This document shows, piece after piece, positions 38,301 through 53,500 of a stretch of DNA of 64,000 bases (the first letter of the stretch is position 1; the number at the start of each line of letters is the position of its first letter). The notes beneath the pieces are model-generated. The model searched no databases and had not been told where the DNA came from. It saw only the letters and a list, made by a program, of their open reading frames with translations. The position numbers and the translations under genes are program-made. This stretch comes from Auanema rhodensis (taxonomy: Eukaryota > Animalia > Nematoda): contig OZ059899.1 in the NCBI GenBank assembly GCA_964057225.1, positions 8,246,001 to 8,310,000 on the forward strand. The letters run 5' to 3'.

Positions 38301-41227
38301 TAAAATTATGTGCATAGAAAGAGGATATGATAAAAATATTTAGATGTTGATCAAGAATTTGTTTCGTCTTTCATTTATATTAACGAATTAGAAAACATCA
38401 CAGCAGCGACTTGAACTCGGTTTAACTCCAATGTCAAATTTCAAGATAGACATTGTTATTTGTAATATAAAAACGAAGTGAAAGCAGAAAAAAAACTTTG
38501 TAGCTCATTAGTTTAAGTTTGAAATTACTTTTCTGCATGTTTCACAAAGTTTTCTACATAATTACATTTAAGTTAATCATTTATTTTGTTTACAAACTAA
38601 TTTATAATCCTCATCCCAAGGCCAATCTAAGGTAAAGACAATCCATTAACGTTGAGTATAGAACAATCAGATGATTCGTCCAGTAGTTCACTCAAGCATA
38701 TGAGATATTTGTCTCTATTTTTCAAAATAAAATTTGAACTTAAGAGCAAATTGGTAGAACTATGTGTGATAGATGTTATTCTATATATTTTTTTAATTTT
38801 ATCAATCTGTTCTTATCATGCTTTTACTCGATCTGTCTTCTTCTGTCAGTTCCCTCGGGTTCTTTTCTAGCTCTTAGCTTCAACTTCAAGTCCAATATGT
38901 TTTCACAGACAGCAAAGTTTCCAAAGGGAAAAGACTATGTAAGAATTGGTTAGCGTAAAAAGTATTGAAAACCAAACAGAATTCGATTATTCTTTTATTA
39001 GTTCTTGCCTAGAAGAATTAGAAAAATGAGAGATGTAGCCTAAGACTATAATGTTGAGCTTCTGCTGCATATTGCTCGATCGAAAATCATTTAGTATTTT
39101 TCAAAGTCGCAATATCTTACGGAGAAAGTAAGCAACAAACTTCTCTTTTTTTCTTCTTCGCCTTCTTCTCGACCCGTTGATAGAATACCAAACCTAACCA
39201 GATCCCAAGTCGTAAGGATAAGGAGGATAAAATTCACTTAACTGGATTCGTTTTAAGCTAGGGCTTCAAGGTAAATAGCACATGAAAATCAGATTCCATG
39301 TAGTTCAGTAGATTGAATTCATAGAAAAGGCAAAATGTGGATATAGATGCAATGCTTCATTGAGCTTTTCATTCTCAAATACTTTTTGAAGAATTATCTT
39401 TCTATCTTTAACCTGTCCCCTTCAAGAATTTAGAATTGAATTGAAAATAAATAACCAAACTTAAATCGTTCCTAACATAATAAATTATTATTGAATTATA
39501 TTATTCAATGTTGCTTCAAAATATTTTTTAAATAGATTAGCATAATTACATAAAAACTGCATCTACTACTGCTATCGTACATAACACAAAGGGCTACTGT
39601 TGAAATCTGCCAAGAGCTAACACATAAATTTTATTTATTTCTTCTATAAATGATATTGGAAATTGGAATAATTTGAATAATACTAAATATTGAATGAAAA
39701 CAAAAAAAAAGTTTTAAATGTTTTAAAATCTTTCAAGAATTTCCGTTTGAAGATTATATTGGCAAACGATTAGCGTTACGGGTTAATACCAGTTGACATT
39801 ACAAGGCTTAAATTGGATTTCAACTTTCTACTTTAAGCTTCAAACAAGTTATTGTTAACAGAAATTATTTGAATTGTATAGTATTTTATAAAAATTCGAT
39901 TATAAATAAAAATAATAAATTTGAAGAAGAAAAAAAAAGAATATTATCTAATATTCATTATTTAACATTGTTTTTGAAGGTGTGTCTAACTTTAATGTAC
40001 CATTAAGCATGTAAACGGTACAACGAAACCAAACTATTAGATTCGAAAACTATTAGGCAATACGAACCTGTCCAACGTATTCAAGGATTATCATAGCATC
40101 TATGAAAATGCGGCAGACATGACACTTTCATCTTTTACCATATATAAAGGAGAATAGAATCATTAAATGAAAGGGATTTACAAAAAAACATTAATGCTTC
40201 ATCTTTCAAATCATTTTTATATATTACAGTCGAATATTGAAGTATTTATAAGCTAATTGATACTATTTTTTATAAAACTGATATAATATACACCATTTTC
40301 AATGTTTTATATGCTATATATTACTCAATAACTTAGTTCAATGAAAACCATACGAAAAGCGGATAATGTGACAGAACAACTCAAGCTTCTCAAGCGAAAT
40401 TGACATGTAAGGGACGTCATTTAGTACGGATTGTGAAGTAAACGAGAAGAAAATAAGGATACTCAAATTTGCAACTTGTCTCTTTATTATAACTCTAAAT
40501 TACAATTCAAATAAAAAAAAATGATGTCGCGAGGGAAAAAATGTTTGGATTGTCCAATGATTGTTGATAATTATTTGAAAACTACTTGACCCAATATGAT
40601 TGTCAACTCGACTCAAAACGTTTTTTTCTCGGATTCATCAAATAGAAAAAAATTTGTTTATACACTTTACAACTTTATTTATAATTTTTAAATTAAGTTT
40701 TTTAGTATATTTCGTTTTGATCTCTTAATTATAATATTATTTTATATAAAGTTTTGAGAATGGTTTCCTCTGATATGCAAATAATATGAAGTAAATAGAA
40801 TAATGTTACATAATCTCAAAACATGTCTATCATATTTGCATCATAACTGATGAGACATAAGCTGACTTTTTAATTTTTCAGACTATACAGGGTTTTTTCA
40901 TATTCTAGTTATTTCTTATGTAAAGCATGTATAAATACATGTAAAATGTTACATAAAGTCAATCTATATTTATCCGAAAAACGTGTTTGAAATATTCGTC
41001 TCATAGAATTAACATAATAGTTACCAATCTATGAAAAAGTGAAAGGTATGAGTCAGGAGAGGGGGTTGATACCATTTTGAAAGAACCAAACACTACATAA
41101 ACATTGACTGTTCAAGTTGATAATGTTAATATCAGTTAGTTCAAGGAGTGTACACGTTGAGTTTTTCTGAGTCAAAGTGCGAACTCAGAAATGTTGTCGT
41201 CAGAGAGTAATAGAGAGAGAGACAAGT

Positions 41228-41283
<56 letters not shown>

Positions 41284-44200
41284 AAAGGTAAAAAAGCGAC
41301 AAAGAGAAGAATCAGAAGATTTTTCTGCCAAAGAAAAGAAAACATTTTACATCAATTGATGCACAGAAAACTCCTTCAAATAAATGGTAGGAGCATAGAG
41401 ACTAGGCGGAAAAAAGCACAAGCTCAATGACAAGACTTATTTGCTCATCGATGTTCTCAGCCTCAAACACTGTCGCGTCTCTTCAATTCTTTTAATCTTT
41501 TGACAGTTTCATATACCTTCCGTCATGTTTTCTTTTAAGAACAGGAACCTAGGTCTATTGAATCGTCTCACTTGATGCTCTTTCATACTGACTATTTAGA
41601 AATTCCAACACTAAGAAGAAGACATAAAGGAAAACATACTAAGACCTGACAAATAAAAGCTAATCATACATAAATGACGAGAAATGTAATTACTATTTAA
41701 AGAGTGAAATTGAAGTTTTCGAAATAACTCACTTAACTCACCTTCATCTATTGGTGAAATTAGAAATGGAATATCAACGTCATGATTTTCATCAGAAATT
41801 GCGTCTTCGAGCTGATGTTGACGGCGGCGACGTGCCAATGTGGAATTCTTCGTCACCGTCAACTTCACATAGATGGTTCGAATTCCATCCAAGAACCATA
41901 TTAAGAAATAGTAAGGTAAGCAAATAATACATAGCAGTAGATGAAGAAAACGAGAAGATGATGAGGTAGTTTCAGTGTAAGTTGTAGTAGTAGCAGTAGA
42001 AGTTGTCCTGCTCCTCGTCGTCGTTGTCGTCAGTGACGACGGGACCATCCTTTGTTCAAATGTATAGGATACAATTTTCCAGAAGGTCTTGTAAATGCTG
42101 CAGATGAAATAAATGCACACAAGTCTTATGATCTAAGCCAGGGGCACAAAACTGAATAACGGAGACGACAGTGGTCCGTCAGAGAGAAAGAAAGAGAGGC
42201 CGTTCACAGACCGGCTAGCCGAACAAGAACAAGAGAACGAGAGAAAGAGCAATGGAGAAATAGAAAGGAGAGGAGGGGTTGGAAAAAAGGAAAAATGAGG
42301 TAGGGCAACGAACAGAAGAAAAAAAGATGAAAAGGAAAAATGCGCGAAAAACATGGAATTATGAAGAGCAAGAGAGAGAAGGACAAAACATAAAGGGAAA
42401 CAGGGAGAAAGACAGATAGAAGGTGGGAGAGAGAAGGTAATGGTATTCCTGTTCCAGGTAGAGAATCAAAATCAAAATAAATATACAATATATGTAATAT
42501 GTATGTATGCATGAGAATATTGTAAAAATGCGAATGACATCATTTCGGTAAACTAAGATTGGCCAGCTAGACGAGTCGGAAGAAAAAATAAAATACATGC
42601 ACATGCATTGTATTGAAAGTGATTAGAGATTAAAAAAAGTAATGTTCTATATCATTCAGAAAATTCTATTTATATATATATTTTTTTTAAAAACAGGAAA
42701 GAATATCCAGGTAAGAAGATTGAAATTGAAAAATCAGGACATTTTCGCACATTTTTGGGTGTGAAATAGGCAGAAGAAGAATAGTAAGAAATCATATAAA
42801 CGCACAGATAGAGATAGAGAGAGATACATTTTGCCAAAAGAAATACGTTGTGAAACAATGCTTAACGCTTTTTCCGTATAAAAATATATGTTCTAATAAA
42901 AGACTAATATATTATTTATTACGTAAAAGACGGAAATGCTTGTGTTAAAAACTTAAAAAAAAAAAGAATTAGCCTATTTCTCAGTCTATAAAAATGTTCG
43001 AATGGTGATTCAATTGAGAGATGAGAAAGAAAAAGAGAATAGGCATATCCTAATAGAATAAACATTGGATATCCGAATGAATAGAAGAAGCTTATCGATA
43101 AAAAAAAGCATAAAAGTATCTTCATCTTCAATCCAACTAAGGATGAAATATTTTTCGATTCGATTCAATTAGATAAGCCCATACCATTTGCAAAGAGAAT
43201 TTAGGGGATGATATAAGCTTGATGTTGATAGACAAGCTAGGCATTGTTTGATGAAACATAGAGTTGATTGCTGCTGGATTATCAGCTCTGATAAAGAAGA
43301 CAATAACTGGATCAAATTAAATGAAAGCAAGTGCATTAGTCTAACTATACGTATAGTCTATTAAATTTTATATATTATAAAAAAAATCAATATTTCTAAA
43401 TTTACAAATTTCTTATAGCTATCTAGGCTAACTGCAGAATAACGCCAGCTAGACGACTAGGTGGTCGTTAGCCAATCGAACATTTCAAATGATCCAAACT
43501 ATTATACTAAATCCAACAAAAATCATCATGAGATTTTAATTATTTTTCCCAAAAGTATCATTTAGAAAACTGCTTTATGGTATAAAATGGGTTTATCTTT
43601 GTTTGAACAGTGCAAAGTACTGAAGTAGAATAATATGAATAATGAAAAAGTCGAACGGTATTTACTTTTTTTTAGATTAATAGCTTGAAAATAAAGAATT
43701 TATCGAGTATAGTAAAATAAAGTAAGATATGAGGTTAAGAACAAATGACTAATTTAGCACATAAGATAGAGAGAACGAGAGAGAGAAGAAGAGGACACCG
43801 GCAATAATGACTACTTAAGGTTCTTAAAACTGAAAAAAAAAGAAAAACATGAGTTTTCATATTTTCTAGACATGATCAAAGGTGCATAATAAACCGCAAT
43901 TTTCATGAGAAAACACAAAGGTAGTAAGAATGAGAGAAGATGAAGAATGAGAGAGGAGAAACAATAGGTGATCAAATACCATTTCATTTGAACTTTTTTT
44001 CTGATGAAAGAATAGTATATATTGAGTAATGTAAATCATAAGCCAAAACGGTTGGAAAAGAAAAAAATGGACATGGAGCTCGAGCGATGTTCATCAAAGT
44101 GTTACTTCGCCGTTCGTTCTTAACATCCAGGAAGGGTTCAGGATGATGAAAACTCCGCCTTCAACATTTTCTCTTCTTTTCCTTTACCCTCCGCCTATTT

Positions 44201-47200
44201 CATGTTGTTCCTCTTCAGTTCATAGACTATTTCTCTCCTTCTATCTCTCTTCATCACTCCCCACAATACTTCATCTGTTCCAAAACCAAGCGGATGTGTT
44301 TGATGATATCCTATACGACTTCGGCTGCTTTTTCTGTCTGCTTCTCGTCTTTATAGCAAAACCCATTCCATTCTACTTTCATTCAGGTCAAGCTCATTTC
44401 ATTTTTTTTATGTTGTCGTCGGTATAACTGGCTATCATTAATACAGATATACACTCAAAACTATCGGTAAGTTGATTTGCTAACTCATTTTCAATATTAG
44501 TAATTGGACTTAGTGCTGGCTTGAAATCAGTAACTATTTTGAACCAAGCATTTCTAGACAACTTGACCGTTATAAACTTCTCCAAAGCTGAGTAAAAACC
44601 GTGAAGAAATTTGATGTAATGAGACATTCGAAGTTGACAAGGCTAGTGAAGATGTCCACGACATCATTAGTGAAATGGAGCGGAGATAGAAACCATAACG
44701 TTACAGAGAATTGAACAATAGTTTCACAACCTTACAATTTACGATTCAAACTCAAAAAAGCAAAATGTGAAAAAAAGGAAGATAAAATACGACAAAGTGT
44801 GAAGAAAAATGAATAATGATAAAACCATTCTGTCTAGGTCAGTGAAGAAAAGAGAATAGTTTTCTTTTTTTTTTAATATTTTGACCAAAGTTTGAGTATG
44901 AAAAAGAAAAAAATATAGCAAGAAAAACGTTTTATTCGTCTTTATTCTTAAATACTTGTGAAGCTGCTTTCATCAACTATCGTTAAAAATGCATTGATAT
45001 ATAAGACAATTCACAAAAAAAAACTTATTGAACACGACGTATGAGAGTAAAATGATGTTCACGTTTATCTTTAGTGCATCACTTCTTCATCTTATATTTT
45101 TCTTCTTTTAACGAAATTCTCAACTATTTGGCTCACAAACATGGGGCTGTTATTAGATTGCATAAATGGCCAATCATTTTCAAAAATGTCCACAAGAGTG
45201 GAGATGAGAATAAAGTGCATGAGCATGAAGACGCCTACTGAACTAAAAATATAAATAACTTAAAATTTGCTTTTGCAGCCTTATTATGAAAAGCATAATT
45301 TATTTTGACATCAGACAATTGCTCTTAGCCTCATTATAGCGAAATTTACTTTTCATCTCTTTAGACTAAGCTTTTCCGTCAGCTTGTCAGGTCCGTACAA
45401 CATACAGATTGATGTTGCGGAACGAACATGCCAGCTGTAGATGTCCGATCCTGTGTCAGGTCAGGACATTGCAATCACAGGCAGCACCACGAGAGCCAGA
45501 CATACGACCATTGGCTAGCTAACTTCTTCCCCCACCCTCCCAAGAACCTATCGACATACAGACGTTTCATATCAGCTGAGAATAAGCATCTCAGCAGCTG
45601 ACAACAAGAACATTCATCTTTTCGTCTAAAAAAACTATTTCCTTGAGATTGAAGAAACGCCAGAAGCTTTTAGCTAGGTGAATGAATGAAAACAAGCTTT
45701 TTGAATTTTAAAATAAATTTCATCGAAATACAATAGTTTCTTATAAGAATATGTACAATAGAAAATTACTTTTCGTTAATTTTAAAGCATGAAAAACAAT
45801 ATAGATAATATAAATATCTAATACGTATAGACGAATAATGTATGTTAGTATTATTCATTTAATTAAATTGTTTCAATATGATAAATTTTTCATTAACTAT
45901 TTAAAATAAAATAAGAAAAAAAATTCAAAAAATATATTCTCCAAACTATATTACCAAAAATAAAATTATAATGATGAATAGTTATAATAAATAAGATTTT
46001 CTAGTATAGGAAGATAAACTATCAAAATAGATAGTACAATTCATAAAGTCGGAGGTCTCTACAGTAATTCAATAAAATAAGATAAGAAGTCCGTTTGATT
46101 CATTTATATGATTTCATATTAATGAATATAATATATAGATATATTACTTTGTAGTTATTATAACTATATAGTATAATATAAGTATAACTACAATACTCTA
46201 TGTATTAAATGTAAAACAATGACTAACCTCTTACACTCCCAAATCGGGATGGACTGAAGTCGTGATATTCCATCTGAATCATGATAATCTCATATCGTAA
46301 ATTAAATGAAGAAAACGAAACTACATACGTAAATGAAACTTTTTTTTAGACGCAAAAAAAACAAGAAAATGATAGGAAAATAAGAAACAAAAAGAAGACA
46401 TTGATTGAAGAAAATTGGATAATGATTACTGAAAAAAATGGAAAAGATTGTTTATATGGAATTATTAGAGCTGTAAGGAGTAAGCAGCACAGATTCATCT
46501 TGTGATTTTTCTTTTTGAGGTTGTGTGTATGAATTACTGCGAGAGAATGAAGAGATGAGGATTGAAAGAGAAACGGGCTGGTTCAATGAATGCCTACCAT
46601 GGCTTCTGGCTTGTTGGCCTTGACTTCCAGCAGTGATATCGAAGCACAAAGCCAGACGTCAGACTATACCATGTGGCAGTAAGAGGTGATGGTATTTGAG
46701 TCTTATTCTTCTTCTTCTTCTTCTTCTTGTCCTCTTCACATTGATGTCGTTGTCATTATCGTCAACTTTAACGTTGTAAGGTAAGAGGAATGAAAGAATG
46801 TAGTAAGACTATTCAAAACTTGACAGTAAAAATGGGTTTGTGTTGAAAATGAATTGTGGAAATAAAGCATTGAAAACACAAACGTGGAAATAGATATGTG
46901 ATAGATTGACAATGAATTAGCAAAAAAGAGAAAAGGTGGCGAGGTCGAGATTTCGAATTGCGAACCCTCATGTCAAACTATAGCTATAGCTTATAGGTTA
47001 TAGATATGATGATAGAAAATGGTCTAGTTTATAACAAATTTTTCTCGAAAAAAGAGCTTAGGAACTAGGTGATATCTTTAGAGGCGAGATCGAAACAGAT
47101 TAATGATTATATACTTCTTTAAGCGATTTGCGATATTCTCATTGACGGGGTCGGTCTTGAATTCGATGCTAAATGCAGACGTTGTCGTTATTGTCTACTT

Positions 47201-50200
47201 CGCAGTTGGCTATCTTGCAACGAGATAGGCCGTCTATAACCCATTCTCGCACTTTATCTCTCTACATTAACCGAAATTAGAATTGTTCCAAGGAATAGGA
47301 AGGAAAAAAACGGAAATACGTTTAAGGCCACCAGCTGTGAATGCAATGACCCTAGCGCAACAAATGATTTGAACGAAAGATCAGGCATTTCTGAAGAAAG
47401 AGAGAGAGAGAGAGCTGATACATTCTTAGAAATTGTTTCAACTGAGTAATCAACATATATGTTGAAAATATTATAAAAAGAACAAAAGAAAACTATTATT
47501 ATTATAAATATAAAACATTAGTTAATTATATTTATATATATAAATATAGAGAATATATGTTTATGATCAACTCATCAGACAGACACATTCATCAAGTGAA
47601 CGAAAAGAAAGATACAGGCAAAAATGGATAATGATCGTTTCAAACTATACCAAATAAGAACAAATGAAAGAACTAAAAATTTCAAAATGTTAGGTACACC
47701 AAAATATAATTAAATATTTAATTGGAACAAAAATTAGATATAAAAGACAATTCTTAGATCTAATTTGCTAGTAAATGATTCGAGCAAGCAAGGGTAGCAG
47801 GTGGCGGTGTCATTGAAAACAGTTTACGGGCGGCATATTCGATGATGGTTATTCAACTATCCGATGGCTGTTTGTCAACAGAAACTCTATGTTTCGGTTT
47901 TTATGACTATTAGCTCTTAGAGAAAAGAAAAGTGGTTGAGAACTGGAAAAACGAAAACTAACAAGAAGCTTAGAACTAAAGTATCGATAACGATGAAGAT
48001 TATAGAAATGAGACAACTTATATCTTATAAAAAACGATTTCATTTTCATTTGAACTAAAACATTAGAATGAACAATATACTCATTTTCAATAATTTAACT
48101 ATCAAAGAATGGCATGACGAATGGTCTTTGAAGTACCATTTTCAAGAACTTTGAATAAAATAGTTACAAATAGTATTAATTAACTATTATATTGTCTTAT
48201 TTTGGGTTTATTTAGCAGTTTAAACCTCTGAAACAGAAGAAAACTGTAGTTCAAAGCTTCAACATAAGTGAATAGTATCACTGATATTCGGAGCATTTCG
48301 AGTGGGTAGACGAGAATTTCAACAGTAGATTAGACAGTTTTCAAATGATGATAGGAAAACCATAGTGAAGGCTTCATACTATTGATGAATGTGAGAGATA
48401 TATAAGATATTAAATAGGAAAGGAGAAGAGCTTGTGACTACTTTCGGACTGCACCGATCTCTTCCTTAGACTTGGGTCGCGTGCCCAGTGACGGCTTTTT
48501 GACACTTTCGACAGCTGCGTGGCTGCGTAGTCTACAAACGGTTCTTTACCTTCCTATCCTCTGCAGGTTTTTTCAGATTGATCTCTTCATTCCAATTAGT
48601 ATAATAGCTGAGCATTATGTTAAAAGTCGTTTCAGATGAGGAAAGATATGACACGCTAGAGAATTGAGCCAAAAGAGCATGCGATGGACGAACATTAATT
48701 ATTCAAAAATAGATTAGAATAGACAAATTTTGGTAGATATGAGCAACAAGCTCAAACCAAAAGTTATCATTGAACATGAAAATCAAGATGTAACCCACTA
48801 AAATAACATTGAATGTGGAAGAAATTAGAAAGAAACGTATAAAAAAGGAATTCAATCGCCTTCTGCGAGCAGATGGCCATCTCAATAAACGACAGTCTTC
48901 CAAACAGAAGAGTAGGGAATACGTCCTCGGATACTCCACAGCACAAGGCTACGAGACATGCAGTGCTCATGACCATATCAAAACATAGTAGGAAAACAGG
49001 AGACTTTGGACAATCATTAAAACATACGAGACGGGACAGATGGTAGCGAAAGCCGTACAAACTAATTTTTCGAATTTCCCGAAACATCTCATCAAAAGCA
49101 GACAAAATATGATTGAATGTCAAAGTGACGAGATCAGCATTTAAGCCATGTCACAGTTAAAATCATGCGTTTGCGGAAAACAGGCTGAACAAGCTGGAGA
49201 GAGCGATAAGAAAGAGCAGCTTTTTCTTGAAATGAATCTAACGAGAGCTGCTGTTTCTTCGGTAGTCTGTTGGCTACACGACAGCAATAGCCGCTGCATG
49301 ATTGAACAAATCATGCGGTTGATTGTCGTTTGTCGTTCGTCGTTGTCGTATTGTTTCTTCTGGTTTAGTCCATGACCTCAGGCAATGATGAAAACGAGAG
49401 AATTATGGGACAAAAAAAAACATAAAGTAACAGTCGTCCAAGCGGATGACAATATAACATAAAAGATAGTGAAAGAAAGTATATGAAGTATGTAGACAAC
49501 AAGAAGAAGTGAGATTCTATACACGTATGGAACGATGAACATCAGTTGATGAAAAAACCAATCAGAGATGAATAACATCGAAGAGAGACGAAATGTAGAA
49601 TTCCGGTTCCGTTTTCACGGTAGGACTATGAGTCTAGGTGAGAACGACAGTGATACGATGAACAGAAGAGAGGCAAGAAAGAAAGAAGATGAAAAAGAAT
49701 GAAGGAGAATAGGAGGAAACAAATAAAGGTAAGGGTGTGATTTTGTGCCAACAGTGCAATCGGTTATACGAGAACGAAAAAAAGGAACAAAAAAAGAAAA
49801 ACGAAATTGAGGTAAAGAATGCTATGTTAACATACACATGGATGAGCTTTCTTTTTTTTTCACGTACTTTAAAGTCATTTAGATGGAACCGGAAACACAA
49901 GTGAGTTGTGAGTGGCATGAGATACCTATCAAGTATGAAATGGAACATTTTCAAAATGGCAGGATATTACATATATCCTATGATATCATAATATAATATT
50001 ATTTATATTATAGGTAATAGTATAGATGAATCAGTTAACTATAATGCTATTCACTAGTTCTTTTTCAGCCAGGTGGAATATATTGATGATTCAGATGAAA
50101 CTTTATTGTTCGATCAGTTAATGACTCATTTATAGTTTTCAAAGATTTTCTTAAAATGGAAACATTGAATAGACTGCTCAAGTAAGCCATTCAAAATAAT

Positions 50201-50541
50201 TTTGAAAAGAACAGAAAATCACGAAAGAGAAATGAAGTCAAAAATTAAAAATTTGAGTTCATGAACGCATATTCGACATCAACACAGAATGAAATCAATA
50301 CAGATTATTCAGATAAATATTGGAACTTTTCTGATTTGTTATATATAAAAATGAAAAAATAAAATATATGATATAGTAATACTTATATACTATATTCGAA
50401 CTATATACAGTAGTACATATTCCTATATTTATGAAGAAGACAAAAAATCAAAGCCATCAACTATAGAGAAAGAGGGATATACACAATAAGAAAATAACTT
50501 CATATAAAAGTTAAAAATAGCTTTCTTTAGTATATATGTTT

Positions 50542-50594
<53 letters not shown>

Positions 50595-53500
50595 CATATA
50601 TGTATATCACCTAAGCATTCGTTTCAATGTGAGCTACGTTTTTCTATTTGCTCAGTTTTCTGTTTCCTGACTGACACACGGCTTTCGAATATGCTATGAA
50701 AACGATAATGGGGAAGAGAAAACATTCATAAAATCATATTATACTTAACATATTAATAATTATAATTTTTAATTTTCAACTTAAAGCAAAGCTAGAAGTC
50801 GAAAACCTTGTTCTCAATTATTTTTTTTTGTTCTTCAAAACAAAAAGGGAAAAGGGCGGGTGAATTAGTGATCATGACAATCATTGAGAAAATTCCCTAA
50901 AAGAAAGTACACGAACATACGCAAGGAATGAGATAAGAAACACAAGGTTCATGGTAACACAGAGGATATCTAATGAGAAAGAGAGCGACAGAGCGAGATT
51001 GTAGAACGGTTGATACAGATATGAGCTATGAGACAACTTGAGGCAGGCTCATCAAAGATTAAACCAAGTTAACAATAAAAGAAATGAATCGGATAACGAT
51101 GGCCTTGTATCCTCACATCATATGGACAAGTCACAAACTAGTAAGGAATCATGAGACACCTTACAAGATGGTGATCAGCATACCGATTTAACATCACCAT
51201 CATGAATGAAATAGACAACTACATATGTATTATATGATGTAATTAAGTAATTATAAATAAAATAATAAATATAGAATAGATATCAATTGATTCATTTTGA
51301 TTGATTCACATTCAAGAGAGAATAATGAATTTAGAATTATTATATGATTATGTATTGTATATTTAATTAGAAACTAACAATATCATTGATTAATTGAAAT
51401 CTTAACATTAAGTTTGAAGAACAATTTCAAAAATAAATGCGAATTCGATATATGCGAAAGGTATGAGAGAAAGAGAATGTTTTAAATTTAAAAGGATTAG
51501 ACAGACATCTAGAAGATCAGTTTAATCAGATTACATCCGACTGGACCGGTACCAAGTGAGGCTGATCATTCAAAAGTATTGCTTCACATAATTCATAACT
51601 ATATATATATATATAATAGGAATAATTGATAATCATCTATTTTACTTTACATATAAATATACATATAAGCTAATAATATCATTACCATATAATATTTTAA
51701 TTATAATGTTATCGCATAAGCTCATTCAATTATATATCGATATGTGGAGATAATGTAAAACAAAACTTACAGCTTATTGTAATAGATCGTATCATTGGTG
51801 CTAGTTATATCACTAATTCGAATAGATGTACTGAACAAGAATGTGGCCAATACAGTGTATAGTTAGATTTAATAAATGAATAATATTAATTCAATATTTA
51901 GAAATAATTCGGCTTTTTATGAAAAATAATTTACCATTAAGGTATTTGCACTACCGAATTGACATTGGCACTGCAGAATATATAAATCTTTTCAATAAAA
52001 ATTGAAAGCAAATGTGTCTACGTCTATCTCTGTGTATGTATATATGATTGAGAATAAAAAAAAGGTTTGAAGCAGTATGTTGATGAATTGAGTCAGTTAA
52101 AGACTTGTGCTCAGCTACAGTTTACTTTGTATTTTGTAGTAAAAAAGGAGATTTTATGCCAAATATTGAAGGAAATGTTTTGAAAAAAAAAGATCGAAAA
52201 TAAACGTAGACGAGAATATGATTGGCAAAGGATGTTTAAGAGTTTCAGTTAGATGATATTGAAATGATTTTTTTGATCCAATTATCGGCGAAGGCGTTAA
52301 TTTGAATGAGAAAAAACTTATTGTAATCATTCATTCTATGATAGCAGTGAAAGAGATGTGTATTATGCTCTCGATTATACATTTAGCTTAATTAACAATA
52401 CTGACTGATGAATCATATCATTATTGTAATATCTTGTTTGAAATCATGAAATGGCAAATGTTTCAAGTTTATAAAAAAATTTTGGATTATACCTTATAAT
52501 CCATCTACTAGTAATTTGGCATGTATGACAGAATATGTTAACTGAGATGAAGAATGATGAGAAAAAAATATTTACAAGCAGTAAAAAGAGAAAAAGAAGG
52601 AAAAAAGTTAGATGGTCAACATCTGACAAGATATCATCATCACCAGTTTCCTCTAGAAATTTTTCTCTAATACCAACAATGGAATGGGCTTGAATCACAC
52701 TGTTTTACAGATATTTTCTAAAATGTAAATGTGTCCATCTATTTCTCTTCTCTCATCTAAATATGGCAAATTAGCGTGTCGGCCAACCAGTTACGAGTTA
52801 CGTATACTAGAAGACGATAGAAGTCTTCCACATCATAGATGACGTACGAGTGATGGACACATCTTTCCGCAGCATAATTATTCAGAAAGATGCATATAAC
52901 AGCAGCAGCAGTAATAGAAAAATTGAAGAAAACAGAAAATTCTGATTTCAAATGATGATATGCTAGTTAATTGATGTAATATCTATATGAACAAAAAGCA
53001 TAAAAATGATGAAAGCGAAAATAAGGTGAATAAATCATGCTTCAATATTCGATCGAGCTCTGAAGCATTAAACAGTGACTGATCAGTATTCATACAATGA
53101 AATCATGAAGCACTCCTTCAACTATTCGGGAAATAGCTTATATGGTCTGTTCTGGTTAAAGAAAATATATCTGCAAACATATATTGATGAATATAGACTA
53201 TGTTTAGACAAACTCAAGCAAATATTTTTAATCGTTTTTTTTATTCTATTCCTTTGTGTTTGAAACCTATCGAAACGATAAGATTGGCAATGACTAGAAG
53301 AAATGATAATAGGAGGAGTAACCAGACATTTTTCTTTTTTTTTTGTCTATTTCACTACATATCTGTTGATGGCTTAGGTAGATGAAAACTAGTTATATAT
53401 GCGAAAAAACTAATGTTCATCCTAATTGTAATCAAATGAAAAAAGATGTATCAAGCTTGTACCATGCTGTTGCATTCGAATGACAAGAAAAGTAGTATAT

